Source of the DNA: Phoronis australis
Taxonomy: Eukaryota > Animalia > Phoronida
Direction: 5' to 3'
NCBI GenBank assembly: GCA_002633005.1
Contig: NMRA01000142.1
Span: 351,356 to 415,355, forward strand
DNA: 64,000 nucleotides
A model generated the notes under the pieces. That model had not been told where the DNA came from. It was given only the letters and a program-made list of their open reading frames with translations, and did not search any database. The translations under genes and the position numbers were made by a program. Shown here in pieces: positions 42,501 to 55,200 of this stretch (position 1 is the stretch's first letter; each line of letters opens with the position of its first letter).

Positions 42501-45500
42501 ACAAGCACATGACAAAATTTTGAGCAGTATTAACAAAATAATGTAGTGGGGTTTTGACAGATGAAAAATGACAATTATGGCATTTATTTGTGTTCAGATA
42601 TGAGAAATCTTATTCGCCAGTTGACCTATCGCAAGCTCTGCCCCCTTGCGTAATGTCGACTAACAAATAAGTTTTATCCGGCAACTTGTTGTTTGTCGGA
42701 TAAAATGGCGGCTTGGAAACGAATGTGTGTCAATAATGCTGTGTTCTAAATGGTCAGTTAAACCGTCACTAAAAATCCTGGCGATTGGTCAATTTTCAGG
42801 TGACTTCACCTGTCCTTAGGAACACCCTGAAGAGGTTCCCTAGTGTTGTGACCTCTTGTGAAAGTTTACAGTAAACAGCTTCTTATTGTGTCCTTGCTGT
42901 CTGTGGGCACATTTCAATACCGTGTTGCTTTTTTCAGGAAGTTTTCGTTTTTGGTTGTTTCGACCTCATCAGTAAAGGAGGCCAGTCAGCCTCCAAGAGA
43001 TGTGAGACACTGACTTTCCCGTTGGTGGACTTGAACAAGAACTACGATCCCTTTCTGAAGAAACTGGTCAGAGATCGAACACAATGCAGCACTGTGGTCA
43101 TTCCAAAGGTACATTGCCTAATATCGGTGTTTTGCTAACAGGTTGCATTGACACTATACAACTGCTGTTAAATGAAGGCGGAGTCTGGTGTGATTTAAAA
43201 CTTAAGTTACTTGACGTACAGCATGGCTAGCCAAACGTTCTACAAGAATGAAAAACCATAGAACAAAAGCGAATAAAACAGTTGGATATCGGCAAATCTG
43301 AGGAGCTAAATTAATCTTTGGACTCCATTCAATCCATTGTGCCATGAACAATTAACAGTCTGTTCTAATTCCCTGTTTTACAAAACAGTATAAAAACAAT
43401 CTCCATACTTCTACTTTGTTTTTTTTTTTTCAAAAGATGGTTATTTTTACGATTTTAAAGCAAACGAATTGCAGCTCTTTTGTGGGCTTTGTTTGTTGCT
43501 ATGTATGTGTTCTTGGTTATCCTTGTGGAATACGTAAATATAATCAGGTCATAAGAAGTGTTGAGGGCACATGCCTGACCTTTGACCTCCCTTCCAATCT
43601 CTATAGTACTGATCTGGTCAGCCTATGTGTTACAAAGCTGTTTTCACATTCCCATTAGACTGGAAAAGTGACATTGCTGTCTTGTGGATTTCAGGCCACC
43701 TGGTATCATGAAACTTCAGAGAATCTAATACAGAAGTTGAACTCATTGTTGCATCATAATATTATACAGGTATGAAAAAAGAACCTCTTGTTAATTTCTC
43801 CCAATTTCAATCTAAGGCATTGCAGAGCCTTTTCTATCCTCTGTAGGGACCATTAGGGTAGTGATCATTGGTTTGTGTAATCCAATTAAGGCTTGAGGCT
43901 TGATAACACCCAATAATACGTACCTGGAATGGACAGAAATGAATAGCCCAGTAGACACGGCCTGTCCTTGACTAAATTGCTCCAGATTCACTACTGACAA
44001 ATTCACGGTTCACTGCACATAATCCTCAAAGCAGAAGTTGAGTGATGCACTAACATTTAAACCAACAAGTCATTTTTTCCTTTTATATCTAAATAGCTTG
44101 GAATCATTACTTTGTGAACAGTTTTTCTTTGTGAACATTCCTGTATTTTACTGTCAACATTTTATCAAGTCATAATAGATACATTACATTTGGCCATATA
44201 TTGGAAAATTATGTAATAAGCTCAGAACTTCAAACTAGAATGTATTCAGTTTGTGACTGTGAATCTAATTAATTAAAAGAATTAGGGCTGTGTGTGGTCT
44301 GTAGTGTATCTGTGTAAGCTTATAAACGCTATCTGTGGTATTAGAAAAAAGAAATAAGCATTCCTGGCAAAAGAGCATTTTTGATAGTGATATGATAAGC
44401 TTCGGTTTTGTAGTCGGTGAATCAAGATTACTGTGCTGCAAAATATGTTTTGTAGATTGGACAGCGTTATTACCTGCAAACAAAGGGTATCACTCAGGGA
44501 TGTGTCTTGTCAGCTGCACTAAACGACTTCTACATCGGAGATTTAGAAAAGAATCACTTGATGGACATTGGCGATGATGAAGTCGTCTTGAGATGCGTGG
44601 ATGATGTGCTTTTTGTCACACCCTGTAAACAACGTGCTGAGAAGTTCATGGGCAAAATGCTTAAAGGCAAGACTAAACTGTCCACATGATATTATTTTTC
44701 TGTTTGTCTAGCTTCAGGTCTCTTTAATTGTCTGGGCCCAAAGGATTGTGGGTTTGGGTTCATCCCTGAGTGGCACTGCCAGTGGACATTCGGACTGTAG
44801 AGGTCACTTTGTTTTCATTTTGGACAACTCAAATCATACAAATCTGTGCTCTGGGATACGCACGCCCTGGTTTTTGCTGTCCGTAAAAAGGTCAATTGTA
44901 GCATGGGTTTTGCTCGCGGCTAGTGATGTACATACTACATATAACGAGCCTTATTCTTTCACAGGATTTCCAGAGTACAACTGCCACGTGAACAAGAATA
45001 AAGTAATGGTGAACTTTGACCCAGAAACCGTCCAGTGTGCGGATGGAGATAGAACTGCTTCTGATGGTAAGATCATGCTAGGATGTCCCGAGTAAAATGG
45101 CATTGTGTAGTGTAGCGTTTAAATTAAGGGCTATGGTATTATTATGGAACAAAGCTGTTCACCAAGTTAATAGACAGTGCTCTTGGCAAGGGACTTCTCA
45201 AGATGCTCCACTTTTTGGGGCAACATGTATCCAGATGACCGGTGAGAAGACATTGGCAAGTTGGGTTGACTAGTGCGCATGTCCAGTGACTTTACTGTGA
45301 CCAGGTAATCTTTGCCAGCTCATTCCTGTGTCTCGTATCTGTTAATGGCAGGAATCAGTGTGAACACGGAGAGTGTAGCAAAATTCCGTGCAATAAGCAA
45401 GAGTTTATGCTTAACATAACATCAACTTGCCAAATGGGATATGAGGTTGCATTGGCAAGCTGCAAAAAATTATAATTGTGAACAGATTGAAAGGAGTCGT

Positions 45501-48500
45501 GAGAGGATATTTGAAACCATTTTTTTTTCAAATTGTATTTTCTGTTGCCTTGAGTTGAATTTGAAGTGAGCTCACCACTGGCTTATAGATAGAAGTATTC
45601 AGCAAAAAGGGGGTCAAACACGGTAGATTGACTGAGTAAAGCCAAGAGCTATCAGGTGTGTTATCTGCACTTACAATAGGGTTCTTGAACATGCCCCTTG
45701 TTTTCCCTCATCTATAGGAGCGGTGCTCATGTGATCACTTTCATATAAGAACTGCTGTTTTGTGAACAATTGTTTCTTATTGGTGTTATGTTTATTTCAG
45801 CCTTTTTCCCTTGGTGTGGTCTTCTCTTCAATCCTGTGTCCTTAGATGTCCATATTGACTACACACGCTATATTGGAGTTTGTAAGTTAGAAGAGAATTT
45901 TCCATTGACACTGGGCAAACTGAACTGTTCCAGTCCTTGTTAAAAACTTTGTTGTCCTGCTGCGTTGTGTAAATGGAAACATTTATCCTGGGCCCGGTCT
46001 CTAATCTTTGTACTCGAAACGAACTCGAAACTATTTTTGGCAATTTCTCTGCTCCTTTTGTGCGAACTTAAGATAATTGGTTATCAGACTGTGCTCGAAT
46101 ACATTATAGTTTATGCATAGGAGTTTCTAGTTCAAGTTTGCCCTTGAAGACCCTTATATTCGTGCTACAAACTCGAGTAAAAACTTGAAATTTCGAGTTC
46201 AAACTCGAACTTAATGCTTTAATATTGGGTTTACAAACTGTGAACTAAGGGCAATAAATTATCTACGAAAGTTATTGTGTACTCGAGCATAGAATAATAG
46301 ACACTTATCTTGATTTCGCCCAAAAGTAGAGTAGAAAATGCCAAACCTAATTCCGAGTTCCATTTTGAGTAAAAAGATTGGAGACCGGGCCCAGGTTTAT
46401 CAAGGGAACAGCACTTGAAACAACTGACAGAGAAGCAATATCCTTTATCATAGTTAGTCAATTTTGACATTTCAAACACTAGGCTATGCATAAAATAAGG
46501 TATTTTTTTCATAGCTTTCATTTCATTGGAAACTTTCTTCAAAAATGCGCATCAAGTTTTTAATCAAGTTAATTTATGGAGGTCATATTGCACTCGGTTA
46601 GACAAGATCACAGTAAGCAGTGGAACAACTGTTTGAAGTAACCGCTGGGAAGATAGGTTAGCCAACACGTTATTAGGAAGTAGCTGTTGGGGTGTCATTG
46701 GTTTGTTCTTCCAAATTGTTGTGGATTGCTCCGTAGAACATGAGGTCGTAGCTCGTTGTTTTTGTATCTAAAATATTGTCGCTGTGCAATGTTGTTCGAT
46801 TGACTTCCAGCATTTTAATTGTAGGCCCCTCATCTTTTTGTTAATATTAAACAAAAAATAATTGTTGTTTTTGCGCTGTCTGCATAATACTTTTTTTGGT
46901 TGATTGATTAACTATTTAACCCCAATTGACCACAAGAGTAATACAGTACTGCTCTATAATATAATAGAATACTATACAACACTGAATGAAGATTTATAGA
47001 GATAGACAAGGATATAAACTAAAAATAAAGACTACAAAAAGACCAAGAAACAAGTAAAAAAGGAAATGAAAAAAAATATTGTAAATGTACTGATGACGCA
47101 AAAAAGTCGTTTCTCATATCCTTTACGGTCCATCCATTTTTGTGACTGTCAACCACAAAATATGTGGATATGTCATTTCCAGTAAAACAGGATTATGTAA
47201 TTAGGTTTTGGTTTGCTTGCATGAGCAATTGATGAAATCTAAACTTTTCATTTCCAGCAATTCAAGAGTGTGTGACATGTGAAACCAGCAGTAAACCCGG
47301 TGAGATGATGAAGTCGCGACTTAGTAGGTATGGCAGTTTACATCATTTGATAATCATGAGTATCATGGTAAACACATGTGTTGTAGTTTGTGATCAAGTC
47401 CATGTGCATGTGATTGTTTGGTAATAAAGTTTTTGGCTGTGTTCGGAGAAGAAAATATGCCATGAATTGAGGTGCTCAAAAGTGTAAACTATTGGTCATT
47501 ATGTATTGTAATCAGCAAGTGTTAGAAACAGATGATTAAAACGAAGCGGTGATAAATTTGTTTCTTCTCCCTAGGTGGATCATGTGGAAATGCCATGCTG
47601 TCCTGTTTGACACGTCTGTCATATCTCGGTCAGCAGTGGTTATTAACATACATCACAGGTTCCTTATGGGTGCTTTCCGGTTTCTTTGTCACGTGAGAAA
47701 ACTATCTCACTGGAACTTTGACTTCCTGTTGGGTACGCCTTGCTACAATTATTGTAATGTTTCGTAAAGAGCAATTATGATGTTTTTCCTCAGTCTACAA
47801 AATGATGTTAAGTTTTGGTAACCATTACACTAAAAATTGCATTCAGTTTGAGACAGATTGATAAAAGGGCCACATTAATTACTTTTAGAGACTTATCACA
47901 TTGTTACGAATAATGGTCAAAATATTCCCAAATGTTCTTCGGTTTGCTACGCTATACAAACGTTGCTAAAAGCAAAGAAAAGTTGTCTGGAAACTTATTT
48001 TTGTTGAGAAATTTGGTAAAATGAAATTTCACCTATTCACCACATCGAGTCCCAAACTTTTACCGTACATGTGGTGACCTGGCCTTTGTATTTAACTGTT
48101 CAAACTGTAGTCTGCGTAATTCTGTTACTTTCACTGTACTTTCAAATACTGCTAGACAGTTTTCTGTTACACTTCAGTAAATGACTAGTTTTTCTCTGCT
48201 GGACAGGTCTTACTGTGATGCCAAAGAAAAATGTATCGGACATTCAGTTAAATTGTTGTGACACATAGGGAAATAATAGTAGTTTATCTTACCTTACAGG
48301 CACTATTGATGGTATGGTCAGCAGTTTTTATTGGCAGACTGTTAGGAGTCTACACAAGGCAAGTGTCTACTGTTGATAACTTTGTCAGCAGTTTTTATTG
48401 AGAGACTGTTAGGAGTCTACACAAGGCAAGTGTCTACTGTTGATAACTTTGTCAGCAGTTTTTATTGGCAGACTGTAGTGTAATGAGAAGCAATTGACAA

Positions 48501-50372
48501 AAATGTAAAAGGTAATTTAAAAATAAAATGTACTATCTTTTTCATTAGGAAGCCGTGCCGTTCAATGGTATTTGGACAAAGCTTCAGTCTGTACATAAAT
48601 CATGAAAATCAGTGTTGCCGTCTGCCTTTGATATCACGAATTTTAATCCAAGTTCGTACTGTGTTGTACAAGGTAATTATTGCATTTTAGCGATGTCTTC
48701 ATGGCAATAAAATACTGGCTGAAATGTTAAGGACAGAAACTGGTATTTTTTTGACCCGTTTGACTCTGAAATTGAATTCCTTCGGGAAATGTTAACGTTT
48801 ATGATAATTCTTTTGGTGAAGAATTACTATAAAAATTGGCCAAAAGGCTGCAATGTTTTTTTCTTTGCAACAGTTTTGAGTCAATACGTGCTTACTAATA
48901 AATGTATTCATTCATCGGGGTAGGTAATTGGCTTTTGTGTCATGTTATTTGGACAAAAGACTGAGCCTGGGCGATAAACGGAAAAAGATTGATATCAGGC
49001 CTCTGGAAACCATAATTATGTTTATTTCTTTTAAGGTCATGACATATATTATGCTTAAGGGCGCAATAACATCTTCATTGTGGAATGAATAGTAAATCTG
49101 CTTCAGACCTGTTGCACAGTAATCTCAAGTCGTGAAAATAGACAATAGTCTTCTTATCACAGCAAATAACTGTACGATTGTTCAAAAGTCTATTGTTTGA
49201 TTGCAGAAACAGCATGTGTATTTTTAAGAGTTTCGATTGGGTAAAAATTGATTGTGAAATCTTAAGATTGTCTTTTAATTCTCTTGGTTACGATTCACAG
49301 GTCGGAGCAGGTGACCTGGCATTTGGCATATCAACTGTGAAATGGTAAGATCTGGCATAGTGTTTGAATATAAATTTGCTCATTATTTCTTTCTCTTTTC
49401 ATTGTAGTATCTAACATAGTCTACTGCATAGCAATTGTGGTTTCCCAAATGACAGCACCAGCTGCTATTTTCATGTCAGCATTTATTCACTCCCACTGTT
49501 GTTGTCTTTTAGGATATGTTATCACAGTTTCACGACGGTGCTTGGACCGCATGCTGGACAGTTCAGTAAATTATTGAAACGCTTGAGGCGTCGGAAAGAC
49601 AGGCTGAGTCAAGAAATGGTAAGTGATATTGAAAATAAAGCAGTATATGCTAACTTTCTTGAATGTGCAGAGTGGTTAGGTCAAATACAAACTTTGGTTC
49701 TGGTCTTAACTGGACTTCTTTTTGATTCCTGACGTGTTTTCTGATGGATAAAAACGCCTGCCCCTATCAATGCGGCCAAGGTTTTGCATTCATTTTTGAT
49801 AAAAAGCTGCATGATGGCATTTAACAGGGGTAAGCAAGATTTGAAATGCCACGATTTACCAAGCGTTAAATAGAAGAACAGCAAATCTCGCATCATTTTG
49901 CTCGTCTCGGGTGGATTTTCTTTTGTGAAAAAGTGAGCAAGTAAAAATATGTGATTCATGATGGCGGGTACGTCGAGTTTTTTATTCTCTTCCATGTTTA
50001 CCCTGCTTAATATACACAGTATCACAGGTGGAGAAAAGTCTGCGCAGGTACACGTGAAAGTGTATTGTGAATGGAGAGACCAGAAATCAAAACAGTTGGA
50101 GCTCAAATGAACCAAATATGTTTCTACCTGACAGTCAGTTTGTTGACGCATTGCAGATTTTTAGAAACTTGACATTGCTATGAAATGGAGATGATTGTAT
50201 TACACCATGCATGCTATTTATTTATTTGACTAAACTTTTGTTTTCTAACCTGTTATGCCTTTGGTACTTGTTACAGGATGAACCGAGCAAGTCTTTGATG
50301 AAAGAAGTCATCAGAAATGAACTGCCTGCAATGTTTAAAAACTTTACCACCAGAGTATGTGTGCTACATTAA
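30501..50372 (+). CDS. TERT: Telomerase reverse transcriptase (TRBD, RT and CTE; 5' end unresolved), 23 exons identified, ~743 aa
   Basis: Exons: 30501-30571, 32677-32750, 35451-35590 (CP: YGSILNYYCP), 36090-36177 (QFP: VFLFVRKCVYSVVPLDLFGS), 36697-36767, 37157-37258, 37518-37614 (T: SYFHLTVSCVYHNLVFYYRKTVW), 38194-38231, 38736-38858 (motifs 1/2: LRFTPK..LRPI), 39867-39920, 41336-41439, 41845-41941 (A: YFVTADFEGCYDNI), 42938-43108, 43695-43769, 44456-44666 (B': GITQGCVLS; C: LRCVDDVLFVT), 44965-45066 (D: GFPEYNCHVNKNK), 45801-45881 (E: FPWCGLLF), 47258-47327, 47575-47732 (KCH), 48300-48358, 49301-49344, 49513-49618, 50277-50372 (TAA). Splice phases agree throughout except between 32750 and 35451. 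Confidence 0.95.
33909..34311. mobile_element. MITE-like element in TERT intron
   Basis: Imperfect inverted ends: caggctgcatcaacagtcccaaatagggactccactgagtttcct versus agggaacttagaggaatccctgtttggaactgtttcatggtacctg; no ORF. Confidence 0.6.
45987..46395. mobile_element. MITE with >100-bp imperfect terminal inverted repeats in TERT intron
   Basis: cctgggcccggtctctaatcttt.tactcgaaa... versus ...ttttgagtaaaaagattggagaccgggcccagg; tttat on both flanks. Confidence 0.8.
48317..48476 (+). repeat. 67-bp tandem repeat (2.4 copies) spanning a TERT exon end and its GC donor
   Basis: gtcagcagtttttattg..agactgttaggagtctacacaaggcaagtgtctactgttgataacttt begins at 48317 and 48384, with a partial copy at 48451. 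Confidence 0.95.
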
Positions 50373-50376
50373 TAAA
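50371..50376 (+). terminator. Candidate polyadenylation signal overlapping the TERT stop codon
   Basis: cat TAAtaaa: AATAAA at 50371-50376. Confidence 0.4.
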
Positions 50377-50609
50377 AATTTAGTAATTTTAAAGACCGGA
50401 GTGGCCTTGACTCTTGACTTTCAGTGATGGGAATCACTTTAATCATTAAAGTACTCCTTCCTTGTGTTGTTAAATATGGTCGTTTTTTAACAAGGCGGAA
50501 ATTCGTAGAAGTCTCTAAAGTAGAGTACACTTTAGCTTAGGTAAATTGACTGATTTTTTAAACTGAAGTACGAACTTTAAGACAGGTTTTTATTTTTTTT
50601 GTTGTTTCA

Positions 50610-51020
50610 GTGACAAAAAGAGGATCGTGACGAAAAGGGGATTGTGATGCAAAGCAGATCATGACAGAAAGCAAATTGTGACAAAAAGCAGATCGTGACG
50701 AAAAGCAGATCGTGACAAAAAGCAGATTGTGACACAAAACAGATTGTGACAAAAAGCAGATTGCGACACAAAGCAGATTGTGACAAAAAGCAGATCGTGA
50801 TGCAAAGCAGATCGTGATGGAAAGCAGATTGTCACAAAAGGCAGGTCATGACACAAAACAGATTGTGACAAAAAGCAGATGATAACAACAAGTGGATCGT
50901 AACGAAAAGGGATCATGAAGAAAAGCAATGGGTGACAAAAAGTGAACTGACAAAAAGTGGACCGACAATAAGTGGACTGACAATAAGTGGACTGACAATA
51001 AATGGACTGACAATAAGCTG
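50610..51020. repeat. Minisatellite: 17-bp units grading into 15-bp units
   Basis: (gtgacaaaaagcagatY)n to ~50930, then (tgacaataagtggac)n. Confidence 0.95.
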
Positions 51021-52128
51021 ATTGTCACAAGGGCTCAGTGAAACCATTCCAGTCATTGCAACTTGACAGGCCAAAGCAATATAAAGAGGCTGGCATATTC
51101 TGGGCAACTACAAGTACTCGTCCGCTATGAATTCTTCTGTCTGTGATTTCAATTCATGCTTAAACTTTGTCACTTTTAAGAAGATTAAAGTAATTCAAAC
51201 CCACTCCCATTGTTTGTTGGAAAGTTCCAAGGAATTTACTAACATCACTAAATACTTCTTTCCAGAAAAGATTAGGTAAACGTTTGAACCAGGTCTAAAA
51301 AATGTCACCAAAATACAGATGATTACCATTTGTATTTAAAAGAATGTTTTGCCACAGGTCGCCATCAATTAAAGTACGGCTTCAAGAAACCATTTCAGCA
51401 AATTTATATTTCAGTAAGTCATTTTACTGCTACCAACAAGACAAATCTTGGCATAGGAGAACTCTCTTAATTCTATCATTTTTACCATCCCAGGTAGAAT
51501 TGTGTTTTTCAACCCTATAGTTTCATTGGATGGTGACGACAAAGAAACATTAAATAAATAAATGTACTAGTAAGTTGAGAAAGCAAAACTATTTCACAGA
51601 GTCAGAATTCTTTTATTCCAAGAATTTATACCATTTTGAATTTCCTCAAATCTTCAGAATTTAGTGAGACAATCTGAACGATCTAAACTAAATGTATCTC
51701 TCCAAGTGTTGTAAAAAATTCTCTTCCCCAATTTAGGTTTTTCTCAGGCCACAGAGGTCCATCATCTAATTTAACGTCTCCCCAGTGAAGTTAGTGAATC
51801 TTCAGTTTGTTAAAATCTGCGATCATTGTTCCTGAAATTGTTGGTTATGCCATAGCCAAGTCATAATATGTTATTACTTCGTAATTTATCAGTGCTTTTC
51901 AACAAATGGCAGTTTTATTGTAGGACATAACCACTGGATGATTTACGTTGCGGTGTGCTGTTGTCACTGGACAGCATAACTCAATGTTATGGCCTGTACG
52001 ATAAAATCTCAACTCAAAATTATATTTTTCATCGTTTGTAAAAAATCGTGTGTAAGTAAATAAATGCTTCATCATTTCCATGATACAGTTCATAAAAACA
52101 AAGGTTCTGCAAATTTAAAAATCAATAT

Positions 52129-52134
52129 TTTATT
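52129..52134 (-). terminator. Candidate polyadenylation signal of the PLPP gene
   Basis: tttatt on plus strand (AATAAA on minus) ~125 nt past the stop. Confidence 0.35.
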
Positions 52135-52257
52135 GCAAAAGATATACCAATAAAATTCATATTTTATCTTCAACAAAAATAATTTTAAAAAAATAAAAAT
52201 CACATTGCGCGTAACAAATTACCACACCACTGATTTAACAAATAAAAAAACAGTTTG

Positions 52258-55200
52258 TTACACAAAACGTATTGTCCCAAGAGTTTTGTGATTGATGTCT
52301 GCATCACTGTTGTTTGATGCACGTGATGTTAGAGAGACGAGTGGTTTGTGCGCATTGACGGCTACCAGTGGTGGATAGTACTGGAAGTAGGAGCAATAGG
52401 CCAGGCTGTAACCAAGAAGAGCTCCAGCAACCACGTCTGTAAGGAGAAAAGAAATTTTAATTAAATGCATAACATAAAGACGACACATAAACTCATTCCA
52501 CCTGCATTTGCCAACATCCGCCAGTAACTGGTTAATATTTTGAAATAATTTTTATTATTTTGGCAGTATAAGCATTCTGTTTCAATTGATCCATGTATTT
52601 CCTAGACATCGTCATTGTCCCAACATGGCAACCGTTGACTGCCTTGTGAAAATGATGTTCTACTATCCATTTGGGGAGACGGGTAGGTCCTTGCCATTTT
52701 TTGTCGAACACCAAGACCAAATATCATATTACCACTGCCTTGTGATAACTTTGCTGAACTAGTTTTCTGACTAACTAGGAAGCTGATGGGAACACCGACA
52801 CTTAACTTCGCAGTTAACTGCATTTAACATCAAAGCTTCGATAGTAGCGGAATTAACTGCACGAAAATGCCTAGAGCCTGGTCTTGAGCAATAACGAACT
52901 GTTCTTTTCAAGCCCACAAATAGCACCTGTTTTGGCTATAAGGAAAGAGTTGACACCAACTTCATAACAGTAAGTGTTATAGTAAAGCGTTTTTTGACTG
53001 TCTGTGGATTTATAGCCTCTAAGCTATTTTCAATAATTTATTTAAAGTAAGGTTATACGATATCTGTCGATAACTACCTTGCCAGTGATGGTGATAATCA
53101 CAAGTTCTTGACACGGCAATCATCGCTGCTGCCACTAGAGGAGCTATAGTCAACAAAAGTCGCCATGCCTCTCCTCGAGCCCAACTGAATACGTGTAGTT
53201 TGCCGGCAATGTACAGGCTGATGAATCCTAAACAGGAAAATGCACCTGCAAAAGAAACAAATGCATGAATTTGGCAACAGTCTCATCTCAAAACTCTTCT
53301 CTGTGGAGATACAGATGCTCCCAGTTTTGGAAATGTCTGGCGCTGGAATTTAAAGCGACAATTCGTTGTAAGTATTTTTTACTCCATGACACGATCTGAG
53401 TTGATAAGATCTTTTGGCAATTACGGGAAAAATTCTGCTAGGGACGGCGAAAATTATTTTGCTCAAGGTTGGAGCTTGTACCAAATTTTAGAAGTAATAT
53501 ATAATGGCCCCCCCAAATTCAAGAATTATGATTATTGACAAATGATCATTCTCCTTGATGTCACACACAATACGGGGACGCACGAAAACGTGTCGGCTGT
53601 TTTCAACGATTTTGAGAACTGTTTTATTGATACAAAACGCATTGTCCGATATTAAAAAAATATTACAAATGGCAAAATCACACTCAACTCCCCATGTTCA
53701 CAAACAAGAAAAGACAATTTGGTCTTTAATTTTGATGTCCCAAATTTTAGAAACTGCTAAACTAGACAATTTTTACAGTAATACCGTAGAAGTACGTAGT
53801 TATGAAGTTATCTAAGCCAAACACAGGTTTAGGCTAAAGAGTTCCAACAGTGGACTTACAAACTCATAAACGTGAACAAATTAATTTCAGCTGAAAAACT
53901 TGCTACGTACATGTTAAAATCCACACTTTTTACGTACAAGAGGAATGTCCGCTAGGAAAGCTTTTTCTTCCCTCAGTGACTACATGAGGACTCCCAGTGC
54001 ACTCTTTTGTCAGTAGTTCTTTTCCTTCAGGCAAACCATCTGGGAAACATCGATGAAAATAGTCTGGCCTCGGTCTAGAAAAATATGCAAATTGGCTACA
54101 TGGGGGGTCTATGGTTCATCCACGGAATACCAGCAGAAACACTCTGAAGTCTTTCTTAGGTGACTCGAGACTTAAGTCAGAAATTTGTTCTTACACTCCA
54201 CACTATTTCTGGAAAATAATTAAGTCTCGCTTGAGCAAAGGTGCAGTGTCTTTTAAAACGCACGTTCCTGCTGGGAAACTTTCTGTGAAAGATCTCTTCA
54301 CTGATGCACCCATAAATTATTACTTAGTCATAAACATTTTTTCAACAATTTTTAAAGGGACCACCACAAGATCAAATTTCTGTCTTAAAGCTCAACTTCA
54401 ACAGAACTTTGTTATTAATATTTGATTTACTGAGCTAACCAGACAGTCCTAACAAAGCCTTAGCAAAATAAGAAAACACAAGTTGATAGTCACTCAAATG
54501 TAGGCCCGTAAACGATAAGTGAAGCTGCCTTTTCATGCCATATTGCGTCACCACCAGATGCCAGCACAAACAACAAAAGGCCGATAATACACCATTGTGT
54601 GCAGGTGTTCTTTGCTGCTGTTTGAATTTAAAGGTGATTCTCGTTGTGACATAGACAAAAGCTAGCCAATAAGCCTATTAACAAGTTTCATTTGCCAATT
54701 TATGCCACTGTTGGTCTCAGAGCGATGCTCTTACAGGCGAAGGCAACCATTTTTCATGTCACTTTTAGCAAAAATAAGGTTCATTCATTATCCCAGACAT
54801 ATTTTTCAAATAATTACAGCTTTTTTGTAATTTAGACAATTACTCGTCTGCTACTGCGGAAGTGACGTTTTGGGAGGCAAGGATTTTGCGCCAATTTCTT
54901 TTCGTATAGATCGACTGTGAGAGCTGGCGAGTCAGTCATCGCTCTACCTCCGTTGTGATAAGTTCGGTCGTTGTTTGATTTGTTCACGAGTCAGTCAACA
55001 TGCCACACTGTTGCTGCGTGCTGGGATGTACTCATCATCTTATGGACAGAGGAACAACTGTCCCACTTGCCCGAGTGTCTCGCGACACACTCCCACTGGA
55101 TGGTTACCTGAGCACACAAACTGCTTACATCCCGCTTTGTGACTCTCTCGCCGCAAACCTGGCACCTTCTAAATAGTTCCAATACTTTAGACACGTCCAC

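Noticed and set aside
38736-45881. RT motifs as a retrotransposon, retron, DGR or group II intron
   Set aside because: Split by spliceosomal introns and flanked by telomerase-specific CP, QFP, T and CTE regions; this is cellular TERT
50610-51020. Regular short repeats as a CRISPR array or as coding ORFs (50558-51107)
   Set aside because: Head-to-tail degenerate units with no unique spacers, eukaryotic context and no cas genes; the ORFs are translations of the minisatellite
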